From assembly GCA_951406725.2 (NCBI GenBank), contig OX597816.1, forward strand, positions 136,834,001 to 136,898,000: a stretch of DNA of 64,000 bases. Reading direction: 5' to 3'. This DNA comes from Octopus vulgaris (lineage: Eukaryota). The notes under the pieces are model-generated. The model searched no databases and was not told where the DNA came from. It saw only the letters and a program-made list of their open reading frames with translations. Position numbers and translations under genes: made by a program. Position 1 is the stretch's first letter. Every line of letters starts with the position of its first letter. Below, one piece after another: positions 12,180-23,175 of this stretch.

Positions 12180-14469
12180 TTCAAACTTTTGTTGCCCGGG
12201 AACAAAACTATGGAATTCTTCATGCTTTCTTCTATCATAAATATAATATATTTTGTTTTTAATATAAAAAAAGTTATTTAGATCGAAACTTGATTGGTGG
12301 TGTTACTGTCCTATAACGTTGCTACAAATTTTGATGTAAACTTTTATCTACTGGATCAAATCTCAATTTTCTTATGCCAAAATATAGGTAGGAACCAGTC
12401 CTCTTAGCAGATTTCAATTTCGTTAAGAAATGAATTAGCGACAAGCTCTGAAAGGTGCTGCGTATGAGTAAATTAAGAATATTATTTAACTACTACCGTA
12501 GTTGAATCATGTGTGTATGTGTCGTCGATTATCGGCGTATATAGGCATGAAATCTGAGAGAGAAAAAACCTACTGATATTTATTATACATCGAATAGCAG
12601 CTATCCTCTTCTCACTGTCAGAAATGCAGTGAACAGTGATCAGCCCATTGTAAAACTGTAGCCAACGGCGGCTTTGTTCAGCAATCACGGTATAAAATAG
12701 TGAAAGAAAGGATCAATACATTTTCCTCTCCCCATCTCGCAAAGTATGAAACCTTTGTATTAAATGAAATGAAAGAAATATTTGTTTGGGATTATTTTTG
12801 CTGTTTCTCTCCAGTTTCGCCTTCGTCTTCCATCCTCCGGTGTTCAAATAAAATAATGTAACAGCAATACAAGTTGGAAGGTTGAATCAACTACGTGCCC
12901 TCCCTTATGAAATTTTGTTGTGTTCTCATGGAAAGAAATCAATATCTAAAGCCATAATCGTAATAATAACCTAATTTACTCCGTAGCGAACAATATACGA
13001 GCATACAGACTGCGGATTCATTTTCTCTCGTTGCTTATTTAAACAGTATTTGATATCTGCCATTGTTTTGTGGGGTGAAATATCACCAAATGATATGTAT
13101 AGTAATGCATAATTTGGTAACGTTGTGTCTAGATTCACTGGGAGGTAGAGGGTGAATTAATAACAACGTCTAACTCTCGTACAAAGCAACAAAATTTAGA
13201 GGAGAGGTATAGTTAATTTAATCAAACTCAATGTTTGACTTGAAACTCTGACAGATGAAAGGCAAAGCTGACTCCGGTGGGATATCAACTTAGAACGTAA
13301 AAGAGCGTTACTAAATACCACAAAGCATTTAATTTTTCAGTACTCTAATGTTTCTGCTGTTAGAGGTTGTCATAATATAAGCTCCAGAACAATACAGCTA
13401 TTAGCGAATATTAATGAATTGCTCTAATTATTTCAGATCTATTGTGCCTATGGTAAGTAGTGAATATTTTAGAATAGGACAAAACATTCGTGTTTAATAG
13501 TTATGGTGGCATTAACAGCATAAATTTGTCTGGAATCTGTTTTTAATAGAGCTTATCTATAGGAGTTAACTTTTATTGAGAAAGTTAATGATCTGTCTGT
13601 GTTCCATCATAGCTAAGACACATCGTATATCGTCACATATACTGGCGATATTCTCTCCGGTGTCGTACGCCAAAGTTACCTGAATTTCATTTTTTAATAC
13701 ATTTCCTTCGTTTGATACTCAAAGTACCTTGGGAAAAACTGGCTACTAATTTCTAGCTGGTCGAATTCATTCTTAACCTTCTACATATCGCGTAGTTTTT
13801 ATTAACAGTGACCCTTCAATAGGATAGGGGCAATGTAGTTAATCTCAACAGCATACAAATATACACTAATCATATCAAAGTATTGATGTAGTTAACTGAG
13901 AGCTGGATTATTTAGACTGTTATTATAATTGTTATTTTACAAAAAGTCTTTTATACTGAATACGAGAATGCATGTTTGACAAGAGGAGAAAATGTTATGC
14001 TTTTGTGCTTGGTGAGAGATCTTTTACCCTAGGTCAAAACGACAAAACCGCCGGCTAATATAATCTCTACTAGTCCTCTTGAATCATCTGTGATGTATTT
14101 CCAGCGCATCTTCATTTATAATCATGATTTGGTGAGAAACTACATGGAATTTTCGATTAATCCTAACACCACGCAAATGCGCCAGAACAGCGATTGGTCG
14201 AGATATGGGCTGATTATGATCGTCGCCATATTTATGCTGCAGCCATTTCTTGCGACTGAACTGATAGGGTTTTATAGTGGGTAATAAAAAAATTTAAAAA
14301 AAATAACTGATAGGGTTTTAAATGCTGAGGATGAATTGGTTTCTAACAGGGTCCACGGCTATATATTTTGTGGGAAAACTGTAGATGAAATCGCCTCAAT
14401 CCCTGTTTGACACATTATCGACCCAGAGGGACAAAGAAAACAATATCACAAGCCTTTCTCACCCTAGGA

Positions 14470-14773
14470 CAGGTATGTCAAACTGCAGAGTTTCTATGGG
14501 CGGCATTGCTCAAATACATGTTACTATGGAGGCCGCATATTTCTAAAAACACATTTGCAACAAAGATTTTTATCATATCAATTCTTTAAGTAAAAATCTT
14601 TTTAAACCTCTTATTTGCTCATCAATAAACCTAATTTTATTGATTAAATTATTATTTTGATTATTGCAAAATTGACGGTGGGTGGGTGGGGGTTTCCCCA
14701 TCTTTAAACCTTTAGCTACACCACTCGTGGGTCACACTTGTGTTTGAAAAGGGCCGCGAATTTAACATGCCTA
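14470..14773. mobile_element. hAT/Charlie-like MITE
   Basis: TIR CAGGTATGTCAAACT ... AATTTAACATGCCTA. The 8-bp flanks ccctagga / ctctagaa resemble the nTCTAGAn target. Confidence 0.65.
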
Positions 14774-14966
14774 CTCTAGAATATTCCGTTTTGCTAATAT
14801 TAGATTTATTGAATCGTAGAGGTGGGGTGTTGATTTTTTTGCCAACGCCCCTCTACTATTCAACAAAATTAATGACACCACACACACACACAAAATGCTG
14901 ACATGTTGATTACCTTTAAAAGACTATTTGCACGTAAATCAGTCCATCAATATAATATGGGATGTA

Positions 14967-15175
14967 AGGCAGCGAGCTGGCAGAATCGTTAGAGCGCCGG
15001 GCGAAATGCTTAGCGGCATTTCGTCCGTTTTCAAGTTCTGAATTCAAATTCTGCCAAGGTCGACTTTGTCTTTCGTCCTTTCGAGGTCGATAAAATAAGT
15101 ACCAGTTGAGTACTGGAATCGACACAATCGTCTTACCCCTACACGAAATTGCGAGTCTTGTGCCAAAATTTGAAA
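14967..15175 (+). mobile_element. SINE family B (CpG-intact copy)
   Basis: aaggcagcgagctggcagaatcgttagagcgccgggcgaaatgcttagcgg... Confidence 0.85.
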
Positions 15176-15213
15176 ACAGTATAATACGGGATGTCAAGGC
15201 AACATTTAAAAAA

Positions 15214-16043
15214 AATTGTTCAGTTTGATTAGATTAAAAAAGTAAATAAAATTAAAGGGGAGATAAGTAGTAAAAGAAGCAAAGGGATGAATCAGTCTCA
15301 AAGGAATCGTGGACTGTCATTCAATTAAGAAAAGCTGGAGACAACATTCTTCAGTGGTTGGCACGGCATCGACTAATTATGAACATGTACACCTGTGAAA
15401 AATTCACCGTGTGGCCTTACTACACGTAGTGACGTTACTGATGGAAAATTATGGCACTGCAAGCGCTGTAAAAGGAGAAAATCTGTTCGTCACCGTTCAT
15501 TTTTTGAGAGAAGTAATGGATCTTTTCGGTTTGAACGGCAGTTTTTTCTAGCGGTGTCATATGAAATTGTCACCCATAATTATGACCCTAGTATCAATCT
15601 ATTGCATTTCAATCTGTTTTGGGGTTAGGGCTAGTTAGGTTAAGGGTGGGGGGAAGGGTATCTTTTTTTTCTTCACAAATGTAAATAAACCCAATCTGTT
15701 TCTTAAACGAGGGACATATTCATACGGCACATGTTTTCACCTAAATAGACGTCATTGATTGGTTAAAATTGCAGAAATTGAAGAAAGAAAACAACAAATA
15801 TCTTACAAACTATAGAATTTTCTCAATAAAACTAGGAGAAAAAGATGTTTTATAAACACATTCTACCAGTATACGAAGTTTAAAAGTGTTTAGTTACGTA
15901 GAAGTTATTTTTAAAAAACTGCCGTTCAAACCGAAAAGATCCGAAGTAATATTTTGCCGGCGTATATGTTGTGTAAAAAGTTGACTTATCTACCCCTTAA
16001 TTTTTATTTCCTTTTTTTAATCTAACCAAACTGAACAATTGCC
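15214..16043 (+). mobile_element. Internally deleted Merlin (IS1016/ISXO2-related) transposon with transposase N-terminal remnant
   Basis: About 55-bp TIRs at 15214-15268 and 15984-16043 (right end reads GGCAATTGTTCAG inward). 15336-15517 translates, across one frameshift, to LQWLARHRLIMNMYTCEK and DGKLWHCKRCKRRKSVRHRSFFERS. Confidence 0.7.
15518..15942. mobile_element. MITE with GG-starting TIRs (Merlin-like), copy 2
   Basis: Perfect TIRs GGATCTTTTCGGTTTGAACGGCAGTTTTTT and perfect 8-bp TSD GAAGTAAT (15510-15517 / 15943-15950). Confidence 0.9.
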
Positions 16044-16305
16044 AAGTTGAAAATATTTGTGAAAATTAGAGCAATGAAAAGATGCACCGACCGTACTCTT
16101 ACTTCCCTCTTTGTCCTGTCCTCCACCGCCACCCCCGTACTCAGAAGATTTTCCAACACCCCATAGGGGTCGCTACTACCCACTTTGAGAAGCATTGCTC
16201 TAGAATAACATGAAAGCAAAATCTTCAAAGCTAGACATGCTAGCTAGGCCTTAGAATCAACACGATGACTCTCATACATACATACATATGTATATTACGT
16301 GTATA

Positions 16306-16338
<33 letters not shown>

Positions 16339-16659
16339 GATAGATAGATATATAGTCACACACACATACATATATACAACACGCTCACATATCTTGCCCA
16401 AACTGTATCTAAAACCTAGTTCTTTTTGTGATAGTAAATTTAACCGTGAACAGCTGTTGATCCTGTTGAAGTTACAAGTGCGACTTACACAATATTATTT
16501 ACACACCAGGATGAGTGCTATTTGCTACACACAAAAATCCTTACACTACATACAAAGAAAATACCATATACCTGATTGGCAAAGATTCATTCAGCAACAA
16601 AGCTAAATTTACTGTCCTACAATTGGGCTCTTTCTTCTACCACTATTACAATAGCCTTT

Positions 16660-17185
16660 TCATAAAAGTTTCGTAAAATTGAGAGTATAGCTGTATCGTT
16701 AACACGTGAGTGTAGCAGTAAATATTGTATCTGTAACTCTTATAAAAACAGAGTGGAGCTGTAAATCCCATAAAAATGATGGGCGTTGCTGTTAAATATA
16801 AACCCGTAAATGTCATAAAATAGCGAGTATGGCATTAAATGTTATAAAATTGTGAGTGCAGCTAGGTCATAAATTCGTGAGTGTAGCTTTAAATAGCAAA
16901 CCCTTGTCCCGTTCAACGCTACTGCCACCTGGTCTTTGAGTGCTTTTAGCAGAGTGTCTTATGTCGTAAGCATTTTGCTTAGGTTTCTGGTTTGTAGATA
17001 ACATCGAATGCCGTCTGAAAAAGAAGTAGGGGGTGTCATAACGGCTGCTTTCTCCCTCTGAGTAAGCTACAATAAATAAATAAAGAAAAGAAAAATAACT
17101 CGTGAGTGTAACAACAAATGTTATAGAAACTCGGGGCGTAACTTTAAATGTCATAAAGTAGTGAGTGTGCGTCACAAATCTGTAA
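16660..17185. repeat. Degenerate minisatellite (unit of about 27-30 bp, approx. gtcataaaatcgtgagtgtagctttaaat)
   Basis: cataaaa...gtgagtgtagc..taaat recurs at 16660-16895 and 17095-17185. Confidence 0.6.
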
Positions 17186-18059
17186 AAGGAAATGACCTAC
17201 ATATTTGAAAAATAAAATTCTTTGAATGACTCAAAATGAGGTACAAATCTGCAGTCTACCCTCTGCCCACCACATTGTTACCATCTATCTATCCACCTTC
17301 TATCGGTTGCTTATCTTCCATCAGTTTCCCACCATCTTCCAGCTCTCTATCTCCTAGTTATAAATCCTCTCTCTATCGCCAGCTAGTTATAAAACCTCAT
17401 CATTACCTCCACTTTCAGCCAGTTAATACCTATCAGCAGCAGATTTCCTTCTAGCCAGTTTCGCATCTCGAACTAGTTACTACCCACCTGCCACTAATTA
17501 TCCATCAACTATCACACCTACTATTATATGTCTGCCCCATGAAAATACCTAAGTTAATATTTCCTCTCGAAGGAATGCTTAAACGTAACATTACATCGAA
17601 TAGCACGCCCTGCCTGCTTAAATGCGTGTGTGAGTGAGGCAGTGTGTCTGAGTTAGTGTAGATGCTCAGTGCTGCATGTGTTATGAACGTGCGCTGTAGA
17701 ATGTGAGTTCTGTATGCAACATTATTACATGGGCCGACTATGTTATTTTTCAACGGGAATACATGTACGCGGGTTTATATGTGTGTGTAAGCGTTCGTAA
17801 ACATGTAAGCTATATAGTTATGTATACGTGTTCGTGTAACGGAGCAAGAGAAAGAGAGAGCAGTGTAGAATGTGAATAGAAGTGAAATAGCTTCTACACA
17901 TGATTCAACTCGATATAAGATGTGAGGCAGCAACGGAAGAGGAGAAACAAGGGAATTTGTAAGATGTGAAAAGAGGAGATGGTATGAAGATTTGTAGGCG
18001 AATGAGGTGGATGTTTCTACAAGATGTGTGTATTTTTTATCATTAAAACATCACACACG

Positions 18060-18530
18060 AATACATTCTTTACTCATTATTCCTCTCATTCTTACTGGCT
18101 CCTTTCTCCATTCGTTATTCCAGCCTGGGTCCCCTCTTCCCTCACTCTGTTTTTCTAACTACTTTTTTAAAAAATTCTTTCCCCGCCTTCTCTATTTCTC
18201 TCTCAGTCATTCTATCTCCTTTGCCTTCTTATTCTTCTCCACTTTCATCCTCTCCCATTTTCTCGCCCGCTTTTCCTCATTCTTCTCCCCTTACACTTTC
18301 TTCGCATTTCTGTCTCTCTCTACCTTTACCTTTCCATTCCCTTCCTCACCGTTCCACTTTTTCCTTTGATATCACTCATTTTCCCTTTCTTCTTTTCCTC
18401 ATATTTTCTCTTTACTATTTATTTACTTCACAAATCCCTACATTGTATCATATTCCTTTTCGTTTTATATTTTCTCATTTCCCACCATTCTCGTTATCTT
18501 TCATCGTTCTTTCATCGTGTTCTATCTAAC
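18060..18530. repeat. Polypyrimidine low-complexity tract
   Basis: C/T-dominated sequence; the overlapping ORFs are F/S/L/P-rich artefacts. Confidence 0.8.
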
Positions 18531-19738
18531 CCCTACCAGCCCACTACTGTGTATCATCGCTACATTGTAGATAACAATGGTTCCAACAGATGTCACTGTG
18601 GTGACTGTAGTAATAGACCGCTCGATTGATCGATCGATGGATAGATAGACAAATTGATAAACAGATTCATAGAAAGATAGATAAACAGAGATAGATAGAT
18701 AGATGGGAAAGAGAGATCATTGAACAGTTCGTTTAAGTTCAATTGCCATAAAAGATTCTCAGTCTGATGTGCCCATACATTCTTTGGGTGTGAGGCGGTA
18801 CAGCAGAGGGATGAGAGACACAAAGGGAAAGCATATACTCTACTGAAATAGCTTTCCAGAAGAACACTATCAAGCATAATTATTCTCTGCCAAGCATGCC
18901 ATAATGAACTTTATTATTCTGTATCAATCATGGTCAGACTGCAACTCATGGTTTTTTTCTGAATGGCACACCAACGAAAAATGACCTCGAATTTTTGTTG
19001 TAGTGCAGCCCATCTCATGATGTGTCAGATCTCTCTCATGAAGCCTGCTTCTAGTAAAAAGGTTGTCCATGCATTTATACATGTTCTACACATATAGAGT
19101 CAGCTGTGTGGTAAGATGCTTGCTTCCCAACTACATAGTTCCTTGGGCTGAACAAAGTGTTGTGAGTGGATTTGGTTGTTGGAAACTGAAAGATGCTTGT
19201 CATATATATATACTAGCCTTGATGCTGCCCTTCGGGCACCATTCACTTTCTGTCCAGAGAGAAGCTTTGAGGCCTTCAGCCCCACTATCAGACCATTTCG
19301 TGGCACTTGACCCTTGTGTGGTGAAACTTATTTCTGCAAATTTTCTAAGCACTGATGCTGATTATAGTTTAATCAATGAGCATAGGAGCAAGGTAAAAGC
19401 AGTAAAAATAGTGGGGTCAGTGGCATCCCATTTAAGTGGCCCTTCAGAAATTGAATGTCCTTACAATGCTCCCTCAGAATTCATGGTATGAAATTCATTG
19501 TCATTGCTCTGTTTCGGTTGCCAATGCCATGTATTTAGTTTAAAAATGCAGTAAAAATAGGGGTATCAGTGGAGCCCCAGTTAGGTGGCCCTTAAAAAAA
19601 AAAACCTCTTGGGAAATTACATGGGATTAGGGGAGTTGCTGATTTGAGTTGTCCTTTCACCAATGGTCTTCAAGAAGTTAATGAACATGAAAAAGTAATG
19701 AACAGAGAAACTTTACTCAAATTTATATTAAGAAGATT

Positions 19739-22079
19739 TCTGGGACGTAGTCGATCCACCTGTGCATACCTTCCTTCTTGTGACACTTGTGAAGACCTGC
19801 TGAGGCAAGTGAAAATCAATCAAAATAGATGAACATCAATGGAATTTGTATCTTTGTGGTACCAGTGCCTGTGGCACACAAGAAAACCATCCGAACGTGG
19901 CCGTAGCTAGTACCGCATCGACTCGCTTCCGTGCTGTGGGAACATGGTGGCACATAAAAACACCATCCGAAGACCCGGCAAGACTAGTCAGGTCATAACC
20001 CGTGGGCCCTACCTGGGACGTAGTCAGTCCACCTGTACATACCTTCCTTCTTGTGACACTTGTGAAGACCTGTTGAGGCAAGTGAAAATCAAAACAAATC
20101 AAAATAGATGAACATCAATGGAATTTGTATCTTTGTGGTACCAGTGCCGGTGGCACACAAGAATCCATCCGAACGTGGCCGTACTCAGTACCGCATCACT
20201 GGCCATCGTGCTGTGGGCACATAACAAACACCATCCAGTCGTGGCCGTTCGCCATCCTCATCTAGCACCTGTGTCGGTGGCACATAAAAAGTAGTCAGTA
20301 CCGCTTGTGGTACCAGTGCCGGTGGCACACAAGAATCCATCCGAACATGGCTGTAGTCAGTACCGCATCACTGGCCATCGTGCTGTGGGCACATAACAAA
20401 CACCATCCGGTCGTGGCCGTTCGCCAGCCTCATCTAGCACCTGTGTCGGTGGCACATAAAAACACCATCCGAAGACCCGGCAAGACTAGTCAGGCCATAA
20501 ACCATGGCCCCTACCTGGGACGTAGTCAGTCCACCTGTGCATACCTTCCTCCTTGTGATACTTGTGAAGGCCTGTTGAGGCAAGTGAAAATCAAAATCAA
20601 AATCAAAATCAAATCAAAACAAATCAAAATAGATGAACATCAATGGAATTTGTATCTTTGTGGTACCAGTGCCGGTGGCACACAAGAGAAAACCATCCGA
20701 AAGTGGCCGTAGCCAGTACCGCATCGACTGGCCTCCGTGCTGTGGGCACATGACAAACACCATCCGATCGTGGCCGTTCGCCAGCCTCATCTAGCACCTG
20801 TGTCGGTGGCACATAAAAACACCATCCGAAGACCCGGCAAGACTAGTCAGGCCATAACCCATGGCCCCTACCTGGGACGTAGTCAGTCCACCTGTGCATT
20901 CCTTCCTTCTTGTGACACTTGTAAAGACCTGTTGAGGCAAGTGAAAATCAAAATCAAAACAAATCAAAATAGATGAACATCAATGGAATCTGTATCTTTG
21001 TGGTACCAGTGCCGGTGGCACACAAGAGAACCATCCAAACGTGGCCGTAGCCAGTTCCGCATCGACCGGCCTCCGTGCTGTGGGCACGTAACAAACACCA
21101 TCCGATCATGGCCGTTCGCCAGCCTCATCTGGCACCTGTGTCGGTGGCACATAAAAATACCTTCCGAAGACCCGGCAAGACTAGTCAGTCCACCTGTGCA
21201 TACCTTCCTTCTTGTGACACTTGTGAAGACCGGTTGAGGCAAGTGAAAATCAAATCAAATCAAATCAAAATAGACAAAATAGATGAACATCAATGGAATT
21301 TGTATCTTGTGGTACCAGTGCCTGTGGCACACAAGAAATCCATCAGTGCTGTAGTCAGTGCGGTGGGCACATGACAAACACCATCCGATCGTGGCCGTTC
21401 GCCAGCCTCATCTAGCACCTGTGTCGGTGGCACATAAAAACACCATCCGAAGACCCGGCAAGACTAGTCAGGCCATAACCCATGGCCCCTACCTGGGACG
21501 TAGTCAGTCCACCTGCGCATACCTTCCTTCTTGTGACACTTGTGAAGACCTGTTGAGGCAAGTGAAAATCAAAACAAATCAAAATAGATGAACATCAATG
21601 GAATTTGTATCTTTGTGGTACCAGTGCCGGTGGCACGTGGCACACAAGAAAACCATCCGAATGTGGCCGTAGCCAGTACCGCATCGACTGGCCTCCGTGC
21701 TGTGGGCACATAACAAGCACCATCCGATCGTGGCCGTTTGCCAGCCTCATCTGGCACCTGTGTCGGTGGCACATAAAAACACCATCCGAGCGTGGCCGTC
21801 TGCCAACCTCGTCTGGCACCTGTGTCGGTGGCACATAAAAAACACCATCCGAGCGTGGCCGTTTGCCAGCCTCGTCTGGCACCTGTGTCGGTGGCACATA
21901 AAATCACCCACTACACTCTCGGAGTGGTTGGCGTTAGGAAGGGCATCCAGCTGTAGAAACACTGCCAGATCTGACTGGACTGGTGCAGCTTTTGGGCTCC
22001 CCAGACCCCAGTTGAACCGTCCAACCCATGCTAGCATGGAAAGCGGACGTTAAATGATGATGATGATGATGATGATGAT
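19739..22079 (+). repeat. Complex tandem array (about 6 units of about 280-525 bp) derived from an RTE 3' UTR, ending in an RTE-type 3' terminus with (GAT)n tail
   Basis: aaaatagatgaacatcaatggaat occurs at 19822, 20101, 20626, 20966, 21276 and 21581. Units share gaagaccc.gcaag...ccataacc...catacctt...aagacctgttgaggcaagtgaaa with the RTE 3' UTR at 58950-59080 (-). Confidence 0.9.
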
Positions 22080-22356
22080 ATATATGTATATATGTATATA
22101 ATTATATATATATATATACATATATGTACAATTTAAATATAGGATAAAATCTTTATAAGGATTTATCAAGTAGTTAGCATGAAAAACCTCATAAATTAAT
22201 AAATTTTTCCCTATAAATATATTTATTTATATTAAGGGCATTACTATACATAAATGCCTCATGCTAGGAGGGACTCTTAAAGTCAAAATTACTATAATAA
22301 CCACATTGTACCGAATGCGAGGGAATGCAACTCTCGAAGTGAGCCTCCTAAAAGCA

Positions 22357-22431
22357 GACTCAGCTGCATATCATATGATTTCGTAATTAGTGCACAAAAT
22401 GCACTTTTCACTCGTCAGTGCAAGCATAGTC
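22357..22431 (-). ncRNA. Type I hammerhead ribozyme with canonical core
   Basis: Minus strand reads GACU-AU-GC-U-UGCA CUGACGA GUGA-AA-AGUGCA-UUUUG-UGCACU-AA-UUAC GAA AUCAUAUGAU A UGCA-GC-UG-AGUC. All core nucleotides, three stems and an AUA cleavage triplet are present. Confidence 0.85.
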
Positions 22432-22484
22432 AAGACATAAAAAAATAAACAAAAATCAACAATGTGGTTATTATAGTAGTTTTG

Positions 22485-22654
22485 ACATGAACAAAGAAAA
22501 AACACGAGGACGTGGAATAAGTATAGTGTTATTGGATACTCAGGAAAGGAAAGAAAGAAGGGAGATTTCATGTTTCAAGCAGAGTTCTTCGTCAGAAATA
22601 TAGAAAAGAGAAAAAGTCCAAAGAAGAGAAGACAGAAAGTAAATCGCCAACAAT

Positions 22655-22706
<52 letters not shown>

Positions 22707-22905
22707 GTGTGTGTGAGACCACATGTGTATCATTGGTGATTTTCTTTCTCCGTCTTCCCTTCCTTGGACCTTTCCTTTTTCTGTTTGTGATGAAGAGCTC
22801 TGCTCGAAACGTTAAATCCTCCTTCTTTCTTTCCTTTCCTGAGTGTCCAATAACACTATACTTGTTCCATGTCCTCGCATTGTTATGTTATCTCTTTGTT
22901 CATGT
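22485..22905. mobile_element. Inverted pair of Penelope-like terminal repeats (22485-22659 / 22724-22905) around a (CA)n(TA)n(TG)n centre, each with a decayed minimal hammerhead
   Basis: The arms share aagtatagtgttattgga.actcaggaaaggaaagaaagaagg. Motifs are CUGACGAAGAACUCUGCUUGAAACAU (-, 22565-22599) and GUGAUGAAGAGCUCUGCUCGAAACGUU (+, 22784-22816). Confidence 0.75.
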
Positions 22906-22953
22906 TTGGATTTACTATATATATATATATATATACATATATATATACGTAAA

Positions 22954-23175
22954 CAATTGCAGCGTGGAAGGTGTTTGTAAGCCATTTAAGAAACACACAA
23001 AAGCCGTTCGATTCACTTCAACATTTAAGTTTAATTTGTCAAAATATTTTCGTCACTTTAAGACCGCGACCTGTTCACTGACAAAAATCCGTGCTGCATC
23101 TGAAATGTTGAAGTGAATCGAACGGCTTTTGTGTGTTTCTTAAATGGCTTACAAACACCTTCCACACTGCAATTG
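22954..23175. repeat. 73-bp inverted repeat (22954-23026 / 23103-23175, one mismatch) with a 76-nt loop
   Basis: caattgcagcgtggaagg...cacttcaacattt versus aaatgttgaagtg...ccttccacactgcaattg. Confidence 0.95.
23035..23085 (-). ncRNA. Minimal hammerhead ribozyme, G3-C8 core variant
   Basis: Minus strand reads UUUGUCA GUGAACA G GUCGC-GGUCUUAAA-GUGAC GAA AAUAUU U UGACAAA: 7-bp stem I, 5-bp stem II and palindromic stem III. Confidence 0.7.

Noticed and set aside
12970-13070. Minus-strand ATG in good context (caaaacaATGG) as a first coding exon
   Set aside because: Only 30 codons, no recognisable protein and no strong donor site.
18007-18629. Hydrophobic membrane-protein-like ORFs (also 28701-29190)
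   Set aside because: Pyrimidine-rich low complexity with several frames open; no domain.
19739-22079. Repeat array as a CRISPR array or repetitive protein gene
   Set aside because: Units are about 300 bp with no unique spacers, there are no cas genes, the context is eukaryotic, frames shift between units, and the sequence matches the RTE 3' UTR.
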